A stretch of 20,000 bases of DNA from the IMG/VR virus record IMGVR_UViG_3300010885_009424; one strand, given 5' to 3'. The notes below the pieces were generated by a model, which did no database searches, had not been told where the DNA came from, and worked only from the letters and a program-made list of their open reading frames with translations. This document shows positions 8,181 to 15,133 of this stretch, piece after piece. The position numbers and the translations under genes were made by a program. Within the stretch, counting starts at the first letter, position 1. Every line of letters begins with the position of its first letter. Source of the DNA: an uncultured virus (IMG/VR IMGVR_UViG_3300010885_009424) (taxonomy: Duplodnaviria; Heunggongvirae; Uroviricota; Caudoviricetes).

Positions 8181-9542
8181 ATGGAACTGACTATTTCCGA
8201 GGCCCTTCAGAAGAAGTGGCAACCCATCCTTGAGCATGCGGACCTTCCGCAGATCAAGGATCCGTACCGCAAGGCGGTTACGACCATGCTGCTTGAGAAT
8301 CAGGAGCAGTACCTCCGTGAGGCTGCTCCGAGCAACTTCAGCGGTGCGGCTATCGGTGGACAGGAAGGCGGCGGTAATGTGGCTCGTTGGGACCCGATCC
8401 TGATCAGTCTCGTTCGCCGTGCGATGCCGAACCTGATCGCATACGACATCTGCGGCGTTCAGCCGATGAGCGGTCCAACGGGACTTATCTTCGCCATGCG
8501 CAGCCGCTACATCAACCAAACGGGTTCCGAGGCTCTCTACCAAGAAGCCGACACGGCGTTCGGTGGTTCGGGCAGCACGGGTACCACGGCTCAAGGTGTC
8601 AATCAGACCGATCCGTTCGACATCAGCGGCGTTGATCCGTTCGGAACGGGTGCGATCTCGGCTGCTACGGGTGTCAAGGGCACGAAGGGCTACAGCACCT
8701 ACCTCGCCGAAACACTCGGTGACTCGGCGGGCAACCCCTTCCCGCAGATGGCTTTCTCCATTGAGAAGACCACCGTCGAGGCGAAGACCCGTGCGCTCAA
8801 GGCTGAATACACCATGGAACTTGCGCAGGATCTCAAGGCTATTCACGGCTTGGATGCCGAGACGGAACTCGCCAACATCCTGTCGAGCGAAATCCTCGCC
8901 GAGATCAACCGTGAGGTTGTCCGTGTGATCTACGCCAACGCCAAGTTGGGTGCCAAGAGCGGCAGTACGCAGAGCCAAGGCGTGTTCGACCTCAATGTCG
9001 ATTCCAACGGTCGTTGGTCGGTCGAGAAGTTCAAGGGTCTGCTCTTTCAGATTGAGCGTGAGTGCAATCAGATCGCCAAGGAGACCCGCCGTGGAAAGGG
9101 CAACTTCATTGTCTGCTCCTCGGATGTCGCCTCGGCTCTGTCGATGGCGGGCGTTCTCGACTACGCCCCCGCCCTCAGCACCAACCTCAATGTGGACGAC
9201 ACGGGCAACACCTTCGCAGGTGTCCTCAACGGCAAGTTGCGGGTCTACATCGATCCGTACTCGTCAATGACCTCGTCGCACGACTTCTTCATGGCGGGAT
9301 ACAAGGGTTCGTCGGCTTACGATGCAGGTATGTTCTACTGCCCGTATGTGCCCCTCCAAATGGTGAGGGCAGTCGGTGAGCAGTCCTTCCAGCCGAAGAT
9401 TGGCTTCAAGACCCGCTACGGTCTCGTCAACAATCCGTTCGCTAGCCTCAAGGACGGCGCATCGGTGTCGGATCCGTACTCGACGGATGCGACTCGCAAG
9501 AACATCTACTACCGCATCGTGAAGGTCACCAACCTTTTCTGA
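8181..9542 (+). CDS. gp23: Major capsid protein, T4 gp23-like
   Basis: Motifs KWQPIL, LVRRAMPNLIAYDICGVQPMSGPTGLIFAMRSRY, RALKAEYTMELAQDLKAIHGLDAE, FYCPYVPL and QPKIGFKTRYG. The probable propeptide cleavage site is YLRE/AAP. Confidence 0.99.
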   Translation: MELTISEALQKKWQPILEHADLPQIKDPYRKAVTTMLLENQEQYLREAAPSNFSGAAIGGQEGGGNVARWDPILISLVRRAMPNLIAYDICGVQPMSGPTGLIFAMRSRYINQTGSEALYQEADTAFGGSGSTGTTAQGVNQTDPFDISGVDPFGTGAISAATGVKGTKGYSTYLAETLGDSAGNPFPQMAFSIEKTTVEAKTRALKAEYTMELAQDLKAIHGLDAETELANILSSEILAEINREVVRVIYANAKLGAKSGSTQSQGVFDLNVDSNGRWSVEKFKGLLFQIERECNQIAKETRRGKGNFIVCSSDVASALSMAGVLDYAPALSTNLNVDDTGNTFAGVLNGKLRVYIDPYSSMTSSHDFFMAGYKGSSAYDAGMFYCPYVPLQMVRAVGEQSFQPKIGFKTRYGLVNNPFASLKDGASVSDPYSTDATRKNIYYRIVKVTNLF

Positions 9543-9587
9543 TCGGTTGTAGGGCAGGCACCTGTCAACGCAGGGAGTTTCGCTACG

Positions 9588-9620
9588 GGGCTGCATGGAG
9601 AAATCCATGCAGCCCTTTTT
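9588..9620 (+). terminator. Rho-independent terminator after gp23
   Basis: 12-bp perfect stem GGGCTGCATGGA-gaaa-TCCATGCAGCCC followed by TTTTT. Confidence 0.92.
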
Positions 9621-9628
9621 CATAGATA
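9621..9628 (+). promoter_or_regulatory. Late promoter-like CATAGATA abutting the gp23 terminator
   Basis: TAnATA box 5 nt before the ATG at 9634, with no SD. Confidence 0.65.
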
Positions 9629-9633
9629 TGGGT

Positions 9634-10179
9634 ATGGAACCGCTGCGCCTTCCCGACGACATCGTGCCGAGTCCGCTGAACCGACAGCCGACTAACACCA
9701 ATCCATCGTTCTCGACCAACTACAGGCTGATGATCCCGAAGGTGAGGGACGGAATCTACTTCTGCACCGAGGTGGTTTTCCCTTCCATGACCATGGATAC
9801 GATAAAGATACCGATCCCCACAGGAAACACCCTGCGGTTCTACGGGAACAAGGTCGAACATGGAGATCTCGCCGTGAAGTTCGTGGTGAACGACGATTTC
9901 AGCAATTGGAAACAGATGTCCGATTGGTTCTCGGAGACCTTCGACTACTTGTCCTTCTTCAGGGGGGATGCGAGCAACAGGCTCGTCAGGGGAGTGACGG
10001 ACTCCTCCCAACTCCTGATTCTCAACAACAAGAAGAACCCCGTGGCAAGGGTCGTGTTCGACCACCTGTTCATCACGAACCTGTCAAGCCTCCCGATGAA
10101 CTCGCAGGTCGCCAACAACACCGTGCTGACCTGCGATGCGACATTCCAATTCACCTCACTCGATATAGTGGACCCCTGA
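9634..10179 (+). CDS. Tail completion/tube terminator protein, T4 gp3-like (copy 1)
   Basis: Motifs TNYRLMIPK..YFC, GNKVEHGDLAVKFVVNDDFSNW..MSDW, LLILNNKKNPV and CDATFQF fit the gp3/tube-fold pattern. The start is moved from 9595, which lies inside the terminator; 9628 is an alternative. Confidence 0.8.
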   Translation: MEPLRLPDDIVPSPLNRQPTNTNPSFSTNYRLMIPKVRDGIYFCTEVVFPSMTMDTIKIPIPTGNTLRFYGNKVEHGDLAVKFVVNDDFSNWKQMSDWFSETFDYLSFFRGDASNRLVRGVTDSSQLLILNNKKNPVARVVFDHLFITNLSSLPMNSQVANNTVLTCDATFQFTSLDIVDP

Positions 10180-10730
10180 TGTCATCCACGAAAGCAACCG
10201 ACTGGATCCCCGTGCTGCACGACCTCGGTGCCTTGGCGAACACTCCGTCAAGCACGAACCTCGCATCACAGACCAACTACAGGTTCGTCTGCGAGAGGAT
10301 CCCAAAAATCACCTACTTCTGCACATCTGTGAACACCCCGACATTGTCGGCAAGCGTGATGAACTTGAACTACATGTTCGCTGCGAACGACATCAAGTTT
10401 CCAGGCGGAAACTCCGAGTCGGAGTTGTCGATCAGGTTCATCATCAACGAGGACTTCTCGAACTACAGGGAGATTGTGAACTGGCAGAGAGCCACCATGC
10501 CCTACCGTGACTTCACCGAGATACTTCCCGATAGGAACATACGACCGAGTTACGGAAGGCTGTTCTTCCTCAACAACAAGAGGAACCCCGTTATGATGAT
10601 GACATTCGGGAACTTGGTGCCCACGCAGATATCGGGGTTCACCATGAGCCATTCGGAGTCCGATCCGACCCCGATCTCCGCCACGGTGAACTTCCAATAC
10701 GACGAATACCGCATCTACGAAGTGTCCTAG
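10179..10730 (+). CDS. Tail completion/tube terminator protein, T4 gp3-like (copy 2)
   Basis: A TGATG overlap gives the start at 10179 (183 aa). Motifs TNYRF..IPKITYFCTSVNTP, LSIRFIINEDFSNYREIVNW, LNNKRNPV and ATVNFQY. Confidence 0.8.
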   Translation: MSSTKATDWIPVLHDLGALANTPSSTNLASQTNYRFVCERIPKITYFCTSVNTPTLSASVMNLNYMFAANDIKFPGGNSESELSIRFIINEDFSNYREIVNWQRATMPYRDFTEILPDRNIRPSYGRLFFLNNKRNPVMMMTFGNLVPTQISGFTMSHSESDPTPISATVNFQYDEYRIYEVS

Positions 10731-10861
10731 GAGGGCTTCTTGGGTGGGGATGGCGACTTCGGCTTGCGGACGGACATACTGCTGCGCCTGTCTGACGGGG
10801 ACAGGGGCTTGACCGACTTCTTGGGACGCATCGGCTTCAGCGTTGAACGCTTTCGTGGCAT
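10727..10861 (-). CDS. Small basic Lys/Arg/Pro/Ser-rich protein (44 aa), not in the ORF track
   Basis: Sequence MPRKRSTLKPMRPKKSVKPLSPSDRRSSMSVRKPKSPSPPKKPS*. It fills the gap between two + strand genes, has a TACATA box 6 nt upstream of the ATG, and uses AAG for every Lys as neighbouring genes mostly do. Confidence 0.7.
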   Translation of the reverse strand: MPRKRSTLKPMRPKKSVKPLSPSDRRSSMSVRKPKSPSPPKKPS

Positions 10862-10867
10862 ACGGGA

Positions 10868-10891
10868 TATGTAGGCTCGGCTCCCTAAATA
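10868..10891. promoter_or_regulatory. Back-to-back divergent late promoters (TACATA on -, 10868-10873; TAAATA on +, 10886-10891)
   Basis: Each box is preceded by CC and lies exactly 6 nt from an ATG (10861 on -, 10898 on +). Confidence 0.7.
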
Positions 10892-10897
10892 CCAACT

Positions 10898-11821
10898 ATG
10901 GCAAACATACTGAACGGGGGAATCGTGGCGGTGTTTCTCTGCACCATCGGCTGCGCTACGATCAACAACCAGAAGCCGTTGGTCACAGAGGGATCATCTA
11001 CCACGACCATTCAGTCGATCACCGACCACATGGAGCGGGATGTGTGGGACATCAAGGAGGATGCCACCTACATTCAAAATGAGGCTGTCAAGACGGATGC
11101 CGAACTCGACATCCTCTATGAGCGGGTGGCGCAGGAGGACAAGCCTCGCATGGACAATGTCATCGACTCCATGTGGGAAATGAAGACCCATGCGGATCAG
11201 ATCGTGACCGCCTCCGAGAGAATGCAGGAGGAAACTGACAAATTGCAGGATGTGATGGTGCAGGTGCGGCAAGCCGAGGTTCGCATCGTCGAGTTGCAGA
11301 ACATTGAGAAGGAAGGTCGGACGAAGGCGATGGAGAAACTGTACGGATACATCACGCTGTTTTGGGCAATCGGGTTCATTGTGATAGCGGGAGGTGCAGT
11401 CCTTGCGTTCTTCGTCTCCAAGAAGACGGGACTCCTCGTCATCATGGTGGGTGCGGTTATGATCGGCTTCGCAAGCGCAAGTCAGTACTATCTTCAGGAG
11501 ATCGCCTTCGTCGGAGGCATTCTCCTGATCGCCCTGATCGTGGGTGGCGTGGGAATGCTCGTGTGGAGCATGATCAAGACGCAGCGTTCGGGTACGGCGA
11601 TCAAGGAGATCGTCGAGATGATCGAAATCCTGCGTGAGACGATGACGAACGACGAGAGGGAGCGGATCTTTGGTCTCAACGGGGTCGCATCGAAGGTTCA
11701 GAGCGACATGACCAAGGAGATCATCGGTCAGATCAAGGAGAAAAACGGCTTTAACAAACTCAAGGAACTGCGGGAAGTCGCCAAGCAGTCGGATCTCGGT
11801 GCAGAAAAGCCCATCGACTAA
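10898..11821 (+). CDS. Putative lipoprotein with a coiled-coil domain and about 3 transmembrane helices
   Basis: Hydrophobic N-terminus ending in TIG-C19, an acidic helical region, and hydrophobic segments YITLFWAIGFIVIAGGAVLAFFV, GLLVIMVGAVMIGFASA and IAFVGGILLIALIVGGVGMLVW. Confidence 0.8.
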   Translation: MANILNGGIVAVFLCTIGCATINNQKPLVTEGSSTTTIQSITDHMERDVWDIKEDATYIQNEAVKTDAELDILYERVAQEDKPRMDNVIDSMWEMKTHADQIVTASERMQEETDKLQDVMVQVRQAEVRIVELQNIEKEGRTKAMEKLYGYITLFWAIGFIVIAGGAVLAFFVSKKTGLLVIMVGAVMIGFASASQYYLQEIAFVGGILLIALIVGGVGMLVWSMIKTQRSGTAIKEIVEMIEILRETMTNDERERIFGLNGVASKVQSDMTKEIIGQIKEKNGFNKLKELREVAKQSDLGAEKPID

Positions 11822-11824
11822 ATA
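11818..11824 (+). promoter_or_regulatory. Late promoter CTAAATA overlapping the upstream stop codon
   Basis: TAAATA box 35 nt before the ATG at 11860, with the SD AAGGGG. Confidence 0.65.
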
Positions 11825-11859
11825 GAGCGGTATAGGACAAATCTCACAAGGGGAAAAGC

Positions 11860-13428
11860 ATGGCAGTATTCCAATGGGTCGGCGGATATACGGGACATAC
11901 GGGGCTTGGTAGCGGCTATTCCGCAGATTGGAACGGCTCGGGCAGTAAGGTGTGGGTCAGCCCATGGAACGGTCTGACGAGCGCCCGTGGCGATGTTCAC
12001 TTCGCCCCTTACTACTGGGGCTTCATGCAGAATTGGGCTGAACGCAGTACGGTCAACAAGCCCGATGCCCAAGGCAACCTCTTCATCCTTGAGACAGCCG
12101 ACCGCCTCCCAAAGGGTGGCGACGAGGTCAACTTCGGCATCACGGGAAGTGCGGGAACGACCACCTACCACGAACCGTGGCTTAGGAGCGGTATTCTGAA
12201 CCACTCCATCAGCCTCCTGTTCGGCGGATGCTCGGGTCCAAGCGCCATGTGGCACGGCTACACGGCGGGTTCGGGTGGACTTTCCCCGATCAATTTCGTG
12301 ATGACCTCCAACTGGCTTGACACCCCGTGGGAGCGTAATGCAAACGCTTTGGGAATCATGTACACGAGGGTCGGAGTCACCTCGGGTCCACTCGGAACAT
12401 CAAGGTATACACAGGCACCCAATGGGGTTTCGAGCAGCGTGTTCCATGGATTCCATGTGGGCATGATCGGATGGGATTCGGGATTCACGGCGGATGTCGG
12501 TCTTTCAGGAGTTACGGGCAACATCGTTACGACCGACAATGGAATCGACCCGCTCGACATCCGATTCACCTCTTTCGGGCACCTGTCCTCCAAGGCGAAG
12601 TCGTACATCAAGAATGTCGGCACCACGGGAAATGTTTCGATCAGCATTGGACCTAAACAGACATTCTATCCACAATCGTTCGAGGGTGGTCCCACGAATG
12701 ATGGTGAACTTTATGTCTGCGGAAGCGTGGACAACGCCTATCAGAGGCACGGCAGGTTCAACAGCCTCGACTACAAGGGAACCTACCTCTCGATGAACTC
12801 GCTCACCGTCGAGAACTTCGTGGTCGGAACCTACCTGTCCGAGAACACGACCGTCACCGACTTCATCAAGTGCAGCCCGAATTTCGTGAGGGATGGCATC
12901 AACATCCATTGTGCAGTTCCGAAAATGTACCTCCTACAAGAAGGAAATGTCTTGTTCCCGCAGACCTCGGTGCCTATGCAGGGCGCACTCGGCGGTGGAT
13001 GGGCGGTCGTCCCCCCAAGGATCATCTACAACATCGGCAACAGGACGGGAACGGCGGTTCCGACCATCGGCACCCTGCTCACGGAAGCGAAGGGACTTAC
13101 GGTCGGTATCAACGGTTACGGTGAATCCACGCCGAAGATCAACATGTTCTCGTTCAGCGCAGACATCCTGCAAGCGTACAACGGTTACTTCCAGCCCGCC
13201 GACATTGCGGGCAAGGCGATCTACCCGATCTTCCGTGACGGATTCATCCGTGGCAACACGCTGATCGACATGAACCATCCGACCGACCCTGATTGGGCGA
13301 ATGGACTCATCGGATGGAGTCCGAGCGACGAAGGTCTCAGGATCGACTCGCTGAACGCTAAGATCATCTTCGCACTTGGAGACAATGTCATCATCAACGG
13401 CAAGGACAACTCAAGGGGACTCACCTGA
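11860..13428 (+). CDS. Gly/Thr/Ser-rich beta-structured protein (522 aa), probable virion protein
   Basis: Long ORF with a late promoter, SD and its own terminator. It has an N-terminal W-x-G...NW...LPKGGDEVNF pattern and many G-x-T motifs. Confidence 0.8.
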   Translation: MAVFQWVGGYTGHTGLGSGYSADWNGSGSKVWVSPWNGLTSARGDVHFAPYYWGFMQNWAERSTVNKPDAQGNLFILETADRLPKGGDEVNFGITGSAGTTTYHEPWLRSGILNHSISLLFGGCSGPSAMWHGYTAGSGGLSPINFVMTSNWLDTPWERNANALGIMYTRVGVTSGPLGTSRYTQAPNGVSSSVFHGFHVGMIGWDSGFTADVGLSGVTGNIVTTDNGIDPLDIRFTSFGHLSSKAKSYIKNVGTTGNVSISIGPKQTFYPQSFEGGPTNDGELYVCGSVDNAYQRHGRFNSLDYKGTYLSMNSLTVENFVVGTYLSENTTVTDFIKCSPNFVRDGINIHCAVPKMYLLQEGNVLFPQTSVPMQGALGGGWAVVPPRIIYNIGNRTGTAVPTIGTLLTEAKGLTVGINGYGESTPKINMFSFSADILQAYNGYFQPADIAGKAIYPIFRDGFIRGNTLIDMNHPTDPDWANGLIGWSPSDEGLRIDSLNAKIIFALGDNVIINGKDNSRGLT

Positions 13429-13453
13429 CGAGTGATGTCCTAGCAAGGAAGTC

Positions 13454-13482
13454 GAGGGGGGCGCAAGCCCCCCTCTGTCTTT
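13454..13482 (+). terminator. Terminator hairpin at the junction of converging gene blocks
   Basis: 9-bp stem GAGGGGGGC-gcaa-GCCCCCCTC followed by TGTCTTT. Confidence 0.75.
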
Positions 13483-13550
13483 CCCATTGGATCTATCCCT
13501 AAATACGGGCAACGAACGGGAGCGGCGATCCGAACAGCACAAACTGATCG

Positions 13551-13757
13551 TCAGGATTCGGTCTCGGCATACGCCCTGTAGACTGCGAACACGGTCAGCA
13601 GGGAGGAATAGAGCAGGATCACCTGCATGGGGGTCATGCCCCAATCCTCCATGAGCCATTCGTACAGGAAGATGGTCAGGGACACAAGTCCCACCGACAG
13701 CACGAACACGGTGGCGGCGACCATGATGATGGCGACCGTCCTCTCGACGGGGGTCAT
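13551..13757 (-). CDS. Small membrane protein with 2 TM helices (68 aa)
   Basis: MTPVERTVAIIMVAATVFVLSVGLVSLTIFLY...VILLYSSLLTVFAVY. An ATGA overlap with the upstream gene and the SD AGGAGG put the start at 13757. Confidence 0.75.
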   Translation of the reverse strand: MTPVERTVAIIMVAATVFVLSVGLVSLTIFLYEWLMEDWGMTPMQVILLYSSLLTVFAVYRAYAETES

Positions 13758-14029
13758 CTTGTCCTCCTGAACCCATCGTCTATCAGGTCTTTCCACAGTT
13801 TCCTAGCCTCCTGCATAGTCCATGTACCCATCGTCTCCTCGTCGTCGGTGGACGAATGGGGAAGCCATGTCCTCCTCACCGCCATGTACTTCTCCCCTAC
13901 AGGCACAGAAACGCCGAGGGGATAGTGGGCATCCGACTTCAGGTGGATTTGGAAGATGTACGAAAGCCCTCTTCCTTCATGGAAGAGGACATATGTGTCT
14001 TGTGGGGACTCTTCGGGGAAGTGCGCCAC
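13754..14029 (-). CDS. Hypothetical protein (91 aa)
   Basis: GTG start, coupled to the downstream gene, ending in GTWTMQEARKLWKDLIDDGFRR. Confidence 0.7.
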   Translation of the reverse strand: MAHFPEESPQDTYVLFHEGRGLSYIFQIHLKSDAHYPLGVSVPVGEKYMAVRRTWLPHSSTDDEETMGTWTMQEARKLWKDLIDDGFRRTR

Positions 14030-14057
14030 GGGATCAATCCTTCATCTTTGATTGGGG

Positions 14058-14603
14058 TCACTTCTCGTAGTCACAGAACTTCGCTTGGTCGGCGAAGAGG
14101 ATCTCCATGGATGAGCGGGTCATCAGGTCTCGAAGTTCCCTCTCTTCGTTCTTCTCCATGTCATAGAAGATCTGCTGAACCTTGAGGTCGTGATCGGCGA
14201 TAGCCTTGTTCTTTATGTCGAGTGATTTCCGCAGAGTGTCAATCGTCTTCCCCTGCGAGGACACCGTGGCTTCCAACTCCTTGATGTCCTTCATGTGACC
14301 CACCTCGACGAGGATCATGTCACGGTGCTTATCGGCGATGCGGTCGATTTGCTCTTGGTAGAATCTCCCGATGCCTTCCGAGATCGCCTTCTGCGACTCG
14401 GGGGACGGCACATTGCCTCCACCATCGCCGATCAACGCCCATAGGCGGCGGGATTCATCGACGGAGTATGTCCCGTCCTTCCATTTGGAACCCATGCTGC
14501 GCTCGGCTCCCGCCACGAGGACGGAGGACGGGTCGATGGGTCGGAATACCACGAGATCGTTGTCTGCGGTGAGTATGAAGTGCATATGGATCATGTGTGT
14601 CAT
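14058..14603 (-). CDS. Hypothetical protein with a C-terminal coiled coil
   Basis: AGGTGA precedes the ATG at 14603, though nearby Met codons are alternative starts. It lies downstream of a sigma70-like promoter and contains the coiled coil IKELEATVSSQGKTIDTLRKSLDIKNKAI. Confidence 0.75.
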   Translation of the reverse strand: MTHMIHMHFILTADNDLVVFRPIDPSSVLVAGAERSMGSKWKDGTYSVDESRRLWALIGDGGGNVPSPESQKAISEGIGRFYQEQIDRIADKHRDMILVEVGHMKDIKELEATVSSQGKTIDTLRKSLDIKNKAIADHDLKVQQIFYDMEKNEERELRDLMTRSSMEILFADQAKFCDYEK

Positions 14604-14612
14604 TTCACCTAA

Positions 14613-14640
14613 AATATAATGCACCCAATCCAAAAGTCAA
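14613..14640 (-). promoter_or_regulatory. Sigma70-like promoter TTGACT-N16-TATATT
   Basis: The - strand reads ttgact tttggattgggtgcat tatatt. It sits directly after a terminator and just before the gene at 14603. Confidence 0.65.
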
Positions 14641-14643
14641 ATG

Positions 14644-14691
14644 AAAAAAACACCAACGCCACGGAGGATTCCGATAGCCCATGGCGTTGGT
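14644..14691 (-). terminator. Rho-independent terminator
   Basis: On the - strand, ACCAACGCCATGG...CCGTGGCGTTGGT is followed by GTTTTTTT. The 10-bp perfect arms are at 14652-14661 and 14682-14691. Confidence 0.8.
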
Positions 14692-14800
14692 CAGAGGAGA
14701 TCAAGTGAAAACAAGGGGAGGGGTCTACAAAACCCCTCCCCCCGCTTGGGGAAAAGATGCTTGTTATTGGACACAAATGCTCGGGCAATCATGTCTTTAC
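14644..14800 (-). ncRNA. Candidate small RNA (or 33-codon sORF transcript)
   Basis: Bracketed by the promoter at 14807-14834 and the terminator at 14644-14691, with an internal 10-bp hairpin at 14715-14741. Confidence 0.45.
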
Positions 14801-14806
14801 ACGGTC

Positions 14807-14834
14807 ACTATAGCGGGGACTTCGGGAGATGCAA
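14807..14834 (-). promoter_or_regulatory. Sigma70-like promoter TTGCAT-N16-TATAGT
   Basis: The - strand reads ttgcat ctcccgaagtccccgc tatagt, just past the stop at 14852. Confidence 0.6.
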
Positions 14835-14851
14835 GGCAAATCCGAGGATTT

Positions 14852-15133
14852 TCAACCATTGTTATGCTGCCATTGCTCGAACTCACCCGAGGTCATGCCC
14901 ATCAGTTCGCTCACCATGTCTTCATACTCCTCACGCCATGTCAATCCGTTCACGAGAAGTTTCGAGGGGGAATACGAGTATGTCAAAGCCTCCATTTCAT
15001 GGATCCTGTCCCTTGCGTCCATCAGCAGTTTCGGCAATGACTCCGATGTGTATTCGTGGAGAGCCGCTTTCGCACCCAAGACCTCTTCGATTGCGATGTT
15101 GAGTCGATCAACGATGTGCATTTCGCCCCGCAT
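14852..15133 (-). CDS. Hypothetical protein (93 aa)
   Basis: TGATG overlap with the gmd stop and a plausible helical composition. Confidence 0.65.
   Translation of the reverse strand: MRGEMHIVDRLNIAIEEVLGAKAALHEYTSESLPKLLMDARDRIHEMEALTYSYSPSKLLVNGLTWREEYEDMVSELMGMTSGEFEQWQHNNG

Noticed and set aside
9543..9587. Possible structured RNA between the gp23 stop and its terminator
   Set aside because: Only short 4-bp pairings (GTAG/CTAC, CCTG/CAGG) are present, too weak to call.
1718..9719. Long - strand ORFs opposite gp20, the 553-aa gene, gp22 and gp23
   Set aside because: They are antisense to clearly conserved structural genes and have no independent support.
9595..10178. ORF-track starts at 9595 and 9906 for the gp3-like genes
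   Set aside because: 9595 lies inside the terminator stem, and 9906 overlaps the upstream paralogue by 270 nt. Starts at 9634 and 10179 fit the promoter and the TGATG coupling.
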